Shown here: piece by piece, positions 13,383 to 28,601 of the stretch
Layout: each line of letters opens with the position of its first letter
How positions within the stretch are numbered: the stretch's first letter is position 1
Program-made: the position numbers and the translations under genes
The notes under the pieces: generated by a model
The model's input: the letters and a program-made list of their open reading frames with translations, nothing else
What the model was told of the DNA's origin: nothing
Database searches by the model: none
NCBI RefSeq assembly: GCF_009914755.1
Contig: NC_060926.1
Direction: 5' to 3' (one strand)
DNA length: 64,000 nucleotides
Source: the human T2T-CHM13v2.0 reference genome, Homo sapiens

Positions 13383-15239
13383 TGACCCAACCCTATGAAG
13401 GACATTTATCTTAGATTACTATCTTCTTTGACGATTGTGAATAATCATGTAAAGAATTGCCTTCTCCTTTTAAATCCTTTATGGAAGTGGTAGTGTTCCT
13501 TGGTTCATAATAACAATTCTACTGAATTGCCAATAATTCTCAGAATCAGGGGTCATCCTCCCCACAGTGTCAAGAAAGACAGAGGAGGTTCTGTGACTGT
13601 GATTTGGTGAGAGATTGACTCATTAGGGCTAAGATAAATGGACGGTTAGCTAGCAATGTCAGGAATTTCTGAGTAGTAGGTAGAGAATTCAAAGAAAATT
13701 CCTTTTCTTTTTTTTCTCTTCAGTGTTTGCCTTTACAAATATTAGCCTTTTGTAATTTTCTCAGAGCTTCCAATTACTAAGATTAAAGGTAATAAATTCA
13801 ATGAGCCAGAGAAAGGTGAGTATCAAGCAAGTTTCTCAGAAACGTGGCCTTTTAAAAAGGAAATATTTTTACATGAATAGCGTTGGATACCAAATTAAAT
13901 ATGCAATATGATCTCATTTTCTCATTTTTGTTTATGTACATATATGATTATCTATCCCACCAAGAGTGGGATCATAGGTGATACTTTTTATTTGTTGTTG
14001 ATTTGTATCTTCTTATTCTTCTATAATGAATATGTATTATGTATCAAAAAAGCAAAGAAATCATTATTTTAAAAACAAAACAAATGCTAAATATTGATCT
14101 TAGAATTAAACCCTGCAGCCGTTTTTTAATATTCACTATTCCCAAATTGTTTTCATATGATATTTGGAATCTTAAGAGAGTTATAAAATTAACTGACTTC
14201 TCGAATCACTTATTGATTCATGTGTGTATATGTGTGTGTGCACACACACTCAAGTCTGTTGTATTTTTGGCCTTTATTTCAAGCCCCACATCACCTTAGG
14301 CCAATTTGTATCATTTCCCTGGCCTTCTCAGCATTTGTGACATTTCTAATTCCATCTGCAGATTTAATTAACGTGCTGCTTATTCACTCTTCCACATCAC
14401 TGATAACAAGAGACATAAAACTGGACACAGTGCTGACTGCTGCACCACCTAGATACCTCCCACCATCGGATGCCTCCTTCTGCTTTACCTAGTTTTCAAG
14501 TCAAGCTGATTGAAACTGATTTTGCAAGTAAAATTCACTCAGACATTGCATCAAATGATTTATGAAGTCCATGCAGCCGTGTGGTGTCCCATTAATCACA
14601 GACACTACAATAATCTATTTGTGTGCAGCAGTCCTCATAAATCGGAATAAAATAAATTCCACAAGCACATCTTCAGCTTTTGCAACAGGGCACATGGTAT
14701 TATTCAGAGCATCATCCACATAATGCAATGTTAGCCGACTTGCAGATTCCTGAGCTTGGTCAAGCAAGTAAAAATATGCATTCATTTACCAATGCATGCC
14801 AAAGCTAAAAAAAATTACAGCTTGTTCATCTACCGGGTGAGAGAATTTCTTTAGGCCTCAGCTCTCAAATTTTTTATGAAAGCTGATGTGAATAAACAGA
14901 GCAAATGAGGTGCAATAATAAAAGCGGTGAGATGATGTTGTTAACAAATAGTCCAGAAATATACCTCCAAATAAATGTTGAGAATTTAAGTATCATTATC
15001 ATTTGGAGACTCTTATTTCCATAATGCTATGAAACAATTTTGTAAATTCTCTTCTGAGACTGATCTTTCACATGACAAAAGAATGTCTTCAGACATGGCA
15101 AGTTCATTTCATTTGAGCGTATTTCATTTCTTGAAAACAATGCAAAATTATTGTGACCTGTGTCCAGTAAAGACTGTGAATGATTCACCTAGATAACAGT
15201 AATTTTTTAAAATGCAGAGTTTTTGTTTTTCCTAAGTAT

Positions 15240-16380
<1,141 letters not shown>

Positions 16381-16609
16381 ATAGTGTTTCTCATCAAATC
16401 AAATATATGAACCTAACAAGTCTAATTTGTTTGTAGATTTGTAATTAGATAAGAGATCAGTTGCAAAAACACTTTGAGAAATGTCAACATTCTTAGAAAG
16501 GGTATACTTTTCCAAGGTGACAATGCTAGCGCTTTGAAAAGCAACATTCATCTGTTTATCTGATTCTTGTATATTTGTTTAAATAAAACATTATCATTCT
16601 TTAGGTTAT

Positions 16610-16850
16610 ATCAAGAGCTTGTGCTTTGGAATCAAACTGCCTATCTTCAAATCCTGAGCCTCCCACATATAATCTAGGTTATCTAAGACATATTATTTAA
16701 CTACGCTGTGCCTAAGTTTCCACATCTTTAAAATGAAGATAATAATAGTCCCTCTTGCATAGAGTTGTTGGAGAATTAAATGAAAGGATGCACATAAAGC
16801 ATGTAGAAAAGAGTTGGGAGCAATTCAAGTGCTCAGTAAATATTAAATTG
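16610..16850 (+). mobile_element. MIR
   Basis: GCTTTGGAATCAAACTGCC...CTGTGCCTAAGTTTCCACATCTTTAAAATG...GTGCTCAGTAAATATT. Confidence 0.75.
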
Positions 16851-16903
16851 GAATATTTTAGATTCATGATCTGTTCACATTTAGACCACCAAGTGTACTT
16901 TAA

Positions 16904-17257
<354 letters not shown>

Positions 17258-17260
17258 TAA

Positions 17261-17562
<302 letters not shown>

Positions 17563-17769
17563 CTAAGGCACTTTTAAAATGAGTGTTTTACTGCTCTACT
17601 TGCAGATAAGCTTCCCTGATGATATGCTTAGACTCCCACAATTTTATTTTAGGAACTTAAAAAAAAAAGTTTATAATGAGAAACAAACCAAAAGGAACTC
17701 TCCCTTTACTCCTTTGGTGGCTTTCAGAATGTAACAAGAAGAAAGATGTTTACATCTTTGCACAGTTCT

Positions 17770-17858
17770 TTTTTTAAATTTTTATTTTTTTTATAATTTC
17801 AACTTTTATTTTAGATTCAGGGGGTACATGTGCAGGTTTGTTACAAGGATATATTGCA
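17770..17858 (-). mobile_element. Severely 5'-truncated L1PA/L1PB 3' end with a 13-bp TSD
   Basis: TTCAACTTTTATTTTAGATTCAGGGGGTACATGTGCAGGTTTGTTACA flanked by TTTGCACAGTTCT at 17757-17769 and 17859-17871. Confidence 0.85.
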
Positions 17859-18204
17859 TTTGCACAGTTCTGACACTGACAAATGCAGTATCTGCATCAC
17901 CTAGACAGGTTTTAGATAGCTGAGGAACAGGACAATGATGAAATCAATTTATCACTTTAGGCCAGTTTGTCTCATTTCCCTGGCCATTTCAGCATTTAAG
18001 AAGACAAGGAGATGGGAAAGACCTAGAAGCTCTATTGGTCAGTAGGCCTTAGGTGAACTCATGGTTCTGAATAAGGTAAATGGCCACCACCCAAAGCAGC
18101 AAGTAAGGACATGGAAGTACCATACAACCTAGCAGGATGTTCTAATGTGGAATACGATAAACAGACCAGATTCAGTGTACAATGAGTTGGTTCTAGATTG
18201 AGAG

Positions 18205-18450
18205 CACTACCGTGCCACAGTGAGGCACGAAGTCACCGAGTCCCAGATCTGAATCCTAACCCAGGCGCATGCATTATGTCCTCAGAATATTTATGTAATT
18301 TCTGTGAAGCTTTTTTTCACAGTTCCCCATCTGTAAAAATCTGTCTGGTCACACCTTATGATGAGATTACTATGAGAGTTAAAAGAGAAGAGATATCCAA
18401 AGCATTTAGCATACAGTCAGTTTCATGTGCTCAATTAATGGTTGCTAGGA
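18205..18450 (+). mobile_element. MIR
   Basis: CAGTTCCCCATCTGTAAAA...AAGCATTTAGCATA...GTGCTCAATTAATG. Confidence 0.6.
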
Positions 18451-18874
18451 AGCAGAGGAGACAGTAAAAATATTTAAGAACTAAAATGCATGAGCACTGA
18501 TTAATCAGAACGGATGCCTGACCAATGAGGTCAATTAGAAAGGATTCCCGGTGAATAAAAAAGTTGGCCCAACCAATAAGAAGGACCACAGCCCTGCATA
18601 CCCTACTGGCACATACTATTTCTTAGAGAAAAGAAGGGGTTTTCATATTGACTAAGGATGCCAGAATTTGGGGCACAGAGAAAAAAGTAAATATCCAATA
18701 GAGCTACACCTGGCATGCCACATACAAAATCAGATGAAGGTAAAAAATAGTACTATGGCAGAGTTCTGTATTCTAGAGACTGCTACTCTGGTACCAGGCA
18801 AAGTGCCTCAAGGTAGGATGATAGTGTCTGGTGCACAGAAAGACAGGTGGTGCCCATCAGAAACTCAAGCACTA

Positions 18875-19082
18875 GGCAGGGCGCAGTGGCTCACACCTAT
18901 AATCCCAGCACTTTGGGAGGCTGAGGTAGGCCGATTGCTTGAGCTCAGGAGTTCGAGACCAGCCTGGTCAACATGGTGAAACCCCACCTCTACAAAAAAA
19001 TAGAAAAATTAGCCAGGCATGGCGGCACATGCTTGTAGTACCAGCTACTCAGGGGGCTAAGGTGGGAGGATCACCTGAGCCC
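18875..19082 (+). mobile_element. 3'-truncated AluJ
   Basis: Left arm, A-rich linker and start of right arm, ending at GGATCACCTGAGCCC. Confidence 0.9.
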
Positions 19083-19086
19083 TGTT

Positions 19087-19332
19087 GAGAGAAAGAGAGG
19101 AAAGAAAAGGAAGGAAGGGAAGGGAAGGAGGGAATGAGAGAGGGAGGGAGGGAGGAAGGAAGGAAGGAAGGAAGGAAGGAAGGAAGGAAGGAAGGAAGGA
19201 AGGAAGGAAGGAAGGAAGAATACGGAAGAGAGGAAAGGAAGGAAGAATGAAAGGAAGGATAAAAGGAAAGGAAAGGAGAGGGGAGCGGAGGGGAGGGAGG
19301 GGAGAAGGGAGGGGAGGGGAGAAGGAAAAGGT
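19087..19332. repeat. ~245-bp polypurine (GGAA/GGGA)n tract
   Basis: Almost pure A/G with a run of ~15 perfect GGAA units. Confidence 0.95.
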
Positions 19333-22300
19333 AAGGTAGGCACCAAATGCCCAGGCCACAGAGCCCTATCCCAGACACCATCATCTAATCAGCAGATGTT
19401 AGAATGCACACAACCCGGTGTCCAGGCAAAAGTAATAATGAGATAGTAAAAAGAGACGAGAACTGGTAACAAATTTATTAACTTTAAATAGTGGCAATTG
19501 GAGGTAGAGGATACTTTTGTACTGTCTGCTCAAGACTAGAACTGGAGTCTGAGCTAATCCAGAGATAGATAAACAGGTAACCCGCTGATACACAGGATGG
19601 TGGAGGAGGGTTTCAAACTATTCCAAACTACATCTGCTGCTAAGAGTTAACATATTTAAAGTCACCAGCACCCCAAGATTTCATTTTCCTCATCTGCAAA
19701 ATGAAAGAGTTGGATCTGGGTATATCTGAAGGCTTTTCCAATGCTTTTAAACTTTTTGTATTTCTTAGAAGAAATCTCAGAGAAAAGAGCAGGCACCCTT
19801 GGATACAGTACTAAAAGTAGTCCTTCTTAGTACAAAGGGCTTGTACTTTCATCCAAAATTTCGATACCTAATAGATATTAAATAATACTATATTTTATAC
19901 TTAGGTTATTCACCTGAGAAACATGGTTTTAGTGAAAAGCTAGGAGCTTTTTTCAGGTTCTAGCTGTTCAGCAAAGCAAAGTAAATAACAAAATGGAAAA
20001 CGAAAGGTAGATTTAATCCATTAAACTCAGAAGCTCCTAATCTATTTTGGAATTTTTAAATCTATCAATGCATACTTGGTTTTACACCACTGCTCATTAT
20101 CCCACAGCTATGCTATTTGATAAGTCTCTCAATGGTTTCCTTGTTTCCACTCGTTGTTCTTCTGTTACTCTACTGCCATAATTTCAATTTTCTATTAAAA
20201 ATGCCACCATTTGTAAGCAAAAATGTTACTTTATACGCTACCGAGAAAGAAAACTAACACTGTCAAACTATAATATGCCATTAAATGTAGGTAGGATGCA
20301 TCTTACTTATAGAACTGTTAAAATATTTTAAAAGTATGTCTTAAAATCAGTGCAGTATGGTATCTTTACAAATGGGAATCTGATGATGTCACTTGTCTCT
20401 AAAAGTTCCACTTGTCTCTGAAACCCTATAGGATGAAGTCTAAACTCTGCTGCAGATTTTGGGTCTTCATCATCCAACCCAATATTACCATCCTCTCTCC
20501 TAACATTTACCACTGAGCAACCAGTTGCCTCAAAGTTAATTTTTCCTTCCATTGCAAAAGTCTATGTTCTCTTTCTTATTTCAACATTTATTGAATTCAT
20601 ACTATGTTCCAAACTCTATTTTAGGCACTTCACTGTTTTTGTTTTGTTTGTTTGTTTTTGGTTTTGTTTTTTGGCTTGGAATCTCTTCCTCTTCCTCCCC
20701 TACCCTATACACCTGGTAAATATCTATTTTTCCTTCAAGATCCAATCCAACTATCTTTTCTTTTGTAAAAGGGAATTTTGTGAAACTCCCCAGTTTCCTC
20801 ATGTAGACCTGATTTGGTAAACTTCTACTGCACTATGTTGAAAATGTTGATTTACCAATTGCCCACACTAGATAGTAGGTCCTTTGAGTGCAAGGAAAGT
20901 GACATTTATTTTTGCAATCAGTCTAGTGATTAGGAAAGTAGGATTCAGTTTCCTGGCTTCAGAGTTCCTATCCTGCCCAATAAGAAATCATGCACCCTAA
21001 GTGGGGAGACAGGTAAGTAACACGACAGGATAACTGCAGACTGCCAAGGGAGCATAGTGATTACGAAGTGAAGTCCTTGGCTTTGATTCTCACACAGACT
21101 AGAAATACCCCTATATTTTAGAACCAGACTAGAGCCCATCTCACAAACTTTTTGAAAGTAGCAAACATTCAGTGAATAGCTAACCCTATTACAATTTTTA
21201 AAAAGTCAATCATAAGAAATGCTAGGAGAATTATTGAGCATCTATTATATGCTCAGAATCCTTTAGGTACGTATTTCCTAAGTGACTGGTGAGAGAAAGG
21301 AAATTCAAACAAATAAGATATTCAAACTCACAGAGACAGTGACAAACACTGTCAGAATTTGATCCTGGGTCAACTTGATTTCCAAGAGTTTTTTCTTTCT
21401 ATTAGAGCACTTCGCAGCACGATGCCTCATCATCATTGAGGACATTCCTAATTTAATCAATTGCTTGTCAAGGAAAAATAGAAAAATCCTGTTCTTCAAA
21501 CACTTGTGATTGGCATTGCTGGTTAGCTTTTCTTCCTGGCAAAATCTAAATGGGAAACATGACATGGTCTTTGGCAATAATCAGCTGATGTTGGAAACAC
21601 TCTTGGAATCTATTTCTTATAGTTTTTTTCTGCATGGTTTCATGCCTTATGAGCTCAATGTTCCATTTTTTCTGGCTAATCTCAAACCAGTAGTCATTTA
21701 CCCAGTCATAGTTCATTGGCAACTAGCTTTTAGGCAATGAACTTGATTTGTTTTATGAACTTTAGTTTGAGGTTGAAAAAGTTGGTGAAGTATAACAAAT
21801 ATAACCAATAAGATGATCAAGACACATTAAGCTACCAACAATAATGATAAGGAATATGGATATGATAACCTTAGAACCTGATATCAAAATATCAAAATAT
21901 TCTTTAAGTTTAAATGATAATAGGAAGTGGTACTGATTTTATAGTTCATAATAACCCTGTGGATATGAAGGACTTGTGAAAGGGAGAAAATGTGGGTTTG
22001 AAGAGTCTCATTCTCTTTTGAGCTTATAGGATCTTGGTTACTACAATAAAGTCATGAGCAGAGATGGTCTGAGAGTGTGAAAGTTCAGGAATTAAAACCC
22101 ACTGGGTAGCATAATAGAAATGGCCATTCTCCCAACTGAGTAAGGTGAAAGGTTTTTATATTATTTAATTTCTATTAATCAGTACTAATAAAATGCTAAG
22201 GCCTACTTGGAATATTATGATACTGAAAATAATTTAAATGCCAGGATTGGTAACCTAATCTTTACACGTTCATTACATAGTCAACAAACAAATGCAGGTG

Positions 22301-22357
22301 AGTTGTAAGTACGTGTCAAATTGCATTTCTTTTCTGAGAACATGAATAAATGTTTAA

Positions 22358-22667
<310 letters not shown>

Positions 22668-22699
22668 AATGTTATTTCTATTTAAGTCAAAATTGTGTG

Positions 22700-23105
22700 A
22701 GGGGAGGCTAATTGCTATAACAAGCCCCAAATCTCAGTGACTTATCACAGTAAATATTCATTTGTCACTCAAATCAGAGACCACTGAAATTGAATGAGGT
22801 ATGTGTATGTATGTGAGAGGTCTGCTTCATGCAGTCACTCAAGGACCCAGGATCCATCCACCTAGTGGTTCTAGACTCTTCTAGTGCTTCAGAGTCCTCT
22901 ATGCAGAGCCCTGCCATCCCCCAGCAGAATGGGAATAAGATAATATGCCGGATTGTGGAGAGGGTCCTGAGGCCAGCCCTGGAAAAGATCCTCATCACTT
23001 CCATCCACATTTCATGGCTCCAGCTCACTGCAAGAAAGCTGGTAAGTGTCATCTAGCTGTGTGTCAGAAATGAAGAGAAGGAACAGAGATACTGGTGAGC
23101 ACCAC
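22700..23105. mobile_element. MLT1-type solo LTR
   Basis: TGCTATAACAAGCCCCAAATCTCAGTGACTTA...CAGTCACTCAAGGACCCAGG...CATCACTTCCATCCACATTTCATGG. Confidence 0.65.
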
Positions 23106-24847
23106 CATTTCCCACCTGAAAATAGGTAATGAATTTTCATTTGAATGACACAGCAGTTGCATGATACATAGGACATGAGCACAAAATATCAGTATTCTAA
23201 AGAACATCATAATACCAGGATTTACATTCAAATGAGTGATGTCCATTTGCCAGCAGTTACCTGGAAAAGCTGTCTGCTTTTTCCATGGATACCATTAATG
23301 CCTACTTTTATTTAAAAACTCTTCTTTTGCTATTTTCTCTAGAACATGTTTTGGTTCTGTATAATACTCTCAACAATGGTAAATCTTCCTTTGAGGGTGA
23401 ATTTGATAAAGATTATAAGAAGTAAATTAGAGCCAGTTTGGTGAATGAAGATAATCTGCTTCACTTATTATACGTTGGGTCAGATAGGACAAACAATGTG
23501 TCTTATTTCTCAAGGGACTACACAAGGCAATTCCAAAACAAACATTACACAAATGTGTATGTCAATGATGTCATTGTTGAAATAAATTGACCTGTATTTC
23601 TTAACACAGATGCCACACAGATTTGGGGAAGAATTTCTACAATTTGGATGTATGACTCTTCAGGTTATTGAAAGCACATAGTAGAATAGGCAGTGGGGTA
23701 GAAAGAGAAGACAGAGAGGTGGGTAGCATTGCAACAGATGGAAATTCCTCCTCTTCACTATAATGCATGACCGGGTCCTCTCTTCTCATTTTCTTATACT
23801 TGTTTTTTCCAGCTTTCCAAAAAATGTCTGTAAGCGCAGGATAAATTTCCTTAACCTGTGGAGGGTCTCGATAATTTATTCCCTTTTATTAGTTCAGTTT
23901 TATAAAAAACACTCCTTCCTGGGAGAAATTTTTAATTGAGTACATAACACTTTCTTTAAAAACCACACAGCAAATAATTTGCCAGGTTACATGATTTGGC
24001 AATTTGTAAGGTTAAAACATTTGGTGATCCACAGCTAAACTCTCCTAATGTTGAACATTTTAAAGGATGGAATGAAATAATAAATGTGAAAGGAATTTTT
24101 TATGTTAAAAAAAATTTTAAAGCTTTACAATGTAAGGTGCTTTTAAAGCAAGAAGAAATGGTTTTTAACCTGAAGGGCCTCTACACTGGAGAGATGGGAA
24201 CTTGTATTAAGTGTTTGAGGAAATTTGCGTGAATAAGTTTCTGGAAGGCAATCTGGCCATGCATGTCAAAGTGGGCATAACTTTTGACCCACAAACAATA
24301 ATTTCACTTTAGGTATTTGCCAAGGAAAATAATTGGACAAGTGTTTGAAGATTTGGCTTAAAGGAAATATATTGCAGCTTTGTTTATAATAGTGAAAATG
24401 TAAAGCACACAAAACCCCTAAACTTATGTTAATATGGAATCAGTTAAATATAATGCAATATGTACATTCAGTGGAATAACAATCAATGGTAAAAAGGATG
24501 CAGTTATTGATTCTAAAGATCAATATGCCATGTATATGTGAAAGTTAAAGCCAATTTTGAGGTAGATACATATCCCATTTTATATTTTATACTGTATGGG
24601 GAAAATAAACCTTCAAGGATGTGTCACAAATGTTATCAGTGGTTTTATCTCACCTGAGATAAAACCATTATAGGTGATGTTTTTCTTTCTTCTTTTTTTC
24701 TTTTTTACTTGTCTGTCTTTTCTCTTTTTTCCCCCAGTGAGCATGTATTTGTTAAAAAACATACATTAGAAGTAATATTGCATAGAGTGGATTCTGTCCC
24801 CATACTGCCTAGGTTTGAATTCCAATTTTTCCTTTACTGGAAAAGTA

Positions 24848-25126
24848 AGAGACAGTGTGTCACTCTGTCACCCAGCCTGGAAGGCAGTGGTGTAATTTCG
24901 GCTCACCTCAGCCTCAACTTCACAAGCTCATGCAATCCTGCCACCTTAGCCTCCTGAATACAGGCACATCCCACCATGCCTGGCTAGTTCATTATTATTA
25001 TTATTTTGTAGATATGGGTTCTCCTTATGTTGCCTAAGCTGGTCTCAAACTCCTGGGCTCCAGCGATCCACCCAGTTTGGCCTCCCAAAGTGCTGAGATT
25101 GCAGGCATGAGCCACCGCACCCACCC
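24848..25126 (-). mobile_element. AluJ inserted in a MIR
   Basis: Diverged Alu (CTCCTGGGCTCCAGCGATCC); CCAATTTTTCCTTT repeated on both flanks; MIR sequence on both sides (~24780-25270). Confidence 0.85.
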
Positions 25127-26095
25127 CAATTTTTCCTTTTAAATAGGTGTAAATGTACCTGTAAAATGCAGTACCTACCTCATCAGCTTTTATGGAGGAT
25201 TAAATGTGGTAATATTGTAAGGTAATTAAAAAATATGCACATGGCAAACGTTACATAAATATTTGTTATTCAGTAGTTAGGAAAGCAATGATCTTATTTC
25301 CATTTTGAGAAAACGCTGATCAGTATTTAAACTTCTCAAAGAAGACAAGATATTGTCATAGATGTTAGCAATTTTAAATGAGGTCCACAAAAAACAACAA
25401 AACTGAAAAGAAAAGCAGCTCACCATTACCCAACTTACTGAATTGAGGTAGTTAAACACACAGGCCCTTAAGGCAGAATAGGACTGAGTTCTAAGCTTAA
25501 TATCCATACACATAGCTCTGAGACCTTGACAAGCCACACAACCTCCTATAACTCAGATTCCTCACCTGTAAAAAATGAAGACAACGTAAGGCACTAGAGA
25601 TAATAGAAACCATTGGTCTTACAGCGCTCTTCCGTAGATTACTTAAAATAACCTATATGAAGCACTTAGCATGTTGACTAGCAATTAATAAGATCTTTAT
25701 TAGTGTCAGCTATTACTATTATCATTACCAATTACTGCTCTTTAAAATAAGTCAGAGACCAAAATGAGTCTGAGAAAATATCACAGAGGCTAAAACCCCA
25801 AGATGAGACAGACTGTCAAAACAAGGCCAACAGAAGATCCTAAGAAAGAAAAAAAAAAAAGCAAATATCTGATCCAGCAGATGTTGCACAGCAATGGATG
25901 CTAAGATAACAGAGAGCAGGGATTCCAGCTCAAGCATAAAACTTGAGGAGACACTCAATTAGAAGGACTCTAAAAATAACAATAGAAAAGGAGAGCAATC
26001 ATTTTATCCACACGATACCCTGTATGGTTGGTATTCTTGTCTCTGTTTTACAGAGAAGACAGATTCAGAAAGGATAAATACCTTGTTTAAACTTG

Positions 26096-26100
<5 letters not shown>

Positions 26101-26126
<26 letters not shown>

Positions 26127-26149
26127 TGTGTGTGTGTGTGTGTGTGTGT
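26101..26149. repeat. Compound (AG)n(TG)n microsatellite
   Basis: About 13 AG units then ~11 TG units. Confidence 0.95.
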
Positions 26150-26538
26150 CAGGATCCTAGGCCAAACATCAAAGAGAACCTGTGTTCTGTGCAGATGTCT
26201 TGTAAACCTTGTGGTAGTTCTGCAGCAGCTATCATTCACAGGCAGAGTAAATAAGAACCCACTTAGCAAAAATAAGGTATTACGTGGTGATAATAGAGTT
26301 CAATTTCAGATTAAGAGTCCAACATCCAGATGGTTGAGCCTCCAAACTAGGGTCTGTCTATATCACTGCAGTGCCAAGCCTAGATTAAGTGAGAACCCAT
26401 ATATAGGTGATCCCAGCTGAGGAGACCAGAGAGATGGCCTAAGAGGGTAAAACGGGCCAGACCTGCTACCCTGGTTTATTCGTACCACTTTCTAATATGT
26501 ATGCAACGTTTTCATAACACAATGAGGTTTCTTCTCTT

Positions 26539-26710
26539 GTGCAACTCAATTCCAAGAGTATGTGAGTCAAACTCAAAGGCAACTTCTACATTCTTCTTTT
26601 CATTTCAGGAAGAGAAAATACAAAGTGCAACTCAATTCCAAGAGTATGTGAGCCAAACTCAAAGGCAACTTCTACATTTTTCTTTTCATTTCAGGAAGAG
26701 AAAATACAGA
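26539..26710. repeat. 86-bp tandem duplication (2 copies)
   Basis: 26539-26624 and 26625-26710 differ at 3 positions. Confidence 0.95.
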
Positions 26711-28207
26711 GTGTGACTATAGGTGGACTAGACACTGTATCGGAAAGGCGGGGTCTAATACTAACATTCTGTCTATTGCCCTCTCATTTCCACTTTCTGC
26801 TTAGGCCAACAAATGGGCACTTTGATTTTCGACATTTTCAACAATTTATTAATCCCCAGGATGGCCAATAGAGGGCAGACGATCTCTTCTTCTAGACCTC
26901 CATCAGAAATACTTCGTAATTCCTGGTTCGTTGCAGACCTGTTCCCCAACCCCTCCCCCACCCCCCCACCACCCCCACCCCAAACTTCGATGACTCCCTC
27001 CTGCCCATACCATCCCTTTCAAGTACTGATTTTGAGGTATTTACTAAAACCAAGAGAGAAGGGCTGCAGACAATAATATTCAAATATCATTTTGACTGTA
27101 ATTCTTCACTCTCCCTTTTTCAACTCATTCATGCATGCATTTTTATAAATCCTGCCCTCTCCAATAAGCTGACAAGCTAATTGGGTTCAGAGTTATTTAA
27201 ATAACTATAATGTAACATGATAAATGCTACAAGCAGAGGTACTTACAAATGCTGTAGAACAGATAAAGAAGCTCAAGAAGGCTTCTCAGAAAGGGAGGCC
27301 TTTCATGTGTGGCTCTAATTCTTAACATTCGTTCATGACTTTCAGGGTCCATTCAATTTCAGGGTAATTCTTCCTAGTCCACTTTCACCCGTGACACCTG
27401 ATTGTCATCATGTTGGGCTCACCCAAACTCTTTCTGTAACCATAGTCTGGTCTTTGAAGATAAGAAAATACTTTTGTATTCGAGCCTCAGTATCATTGCC
27501 TCAGCTTCTCACTACCTCATTATCATCCCTCCTGGATCCCAGAGAAGAAAGAGCTGTTTCATAACTGAGCTCCTGATTCACACACTGGTTTCAGAAAAGC
27601 TGCCAGGACCTTGCAGGTTTCTCATTCGCCACTAGTCACTGGCTTCAAGGAATCCTATTTTCTCTATTGCTTCTATGACTATTAATTTTATGCCAAAGGG
27701 CATGTGTAATGTAACTTGATTTTTTTTTTCTTTTTGAGCTGATACAATCATCTTCATCTTAAAGAATCTCCCTAGTCCTTTCTAAACCTGACTTGAATTC
27801 CTGTGAGAAGTCAACCTTTCTCATGTTGTATCTGTCCATCTACCTTCCAGGTGGTTCTACTTCTGAAGTCCCAGGAACAATGAATAGTCATCTCCAAATT
27901 ATCCTTTGCCTGTGCTCATCTGTAGCTTTCCTTAATCCTTAATATATCCCCTTAAAAATAAATAGAAGCTAAACTTTGACAATGCTTATTACCTCCTTCT
28001 TTCCTAACCACAGTAGCTTTCTCACTTCTGCCTTTTTCTCATCACCTGACCTTGGCTTTTCCTGCAGGTCCTACAATGTTATCTGCTACATTTTAATGTC
28101 TTTATACTTGCATTTGAACAGAAATACAGATAACCTCCTCTGCAAGAGTGGGAGGGACCTTTTAACACAGAGCAATGATGACAGTTTGTTGGCAAATCCC
28201 ACACTGA

Positions 28208-28601
<394 letters not shown>

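Noticed and set aside
19049-19384. PSFL/RKEG repeat ORFs (also 10440-10760)
   Set aside because: Translations of GGAA microsatellites.
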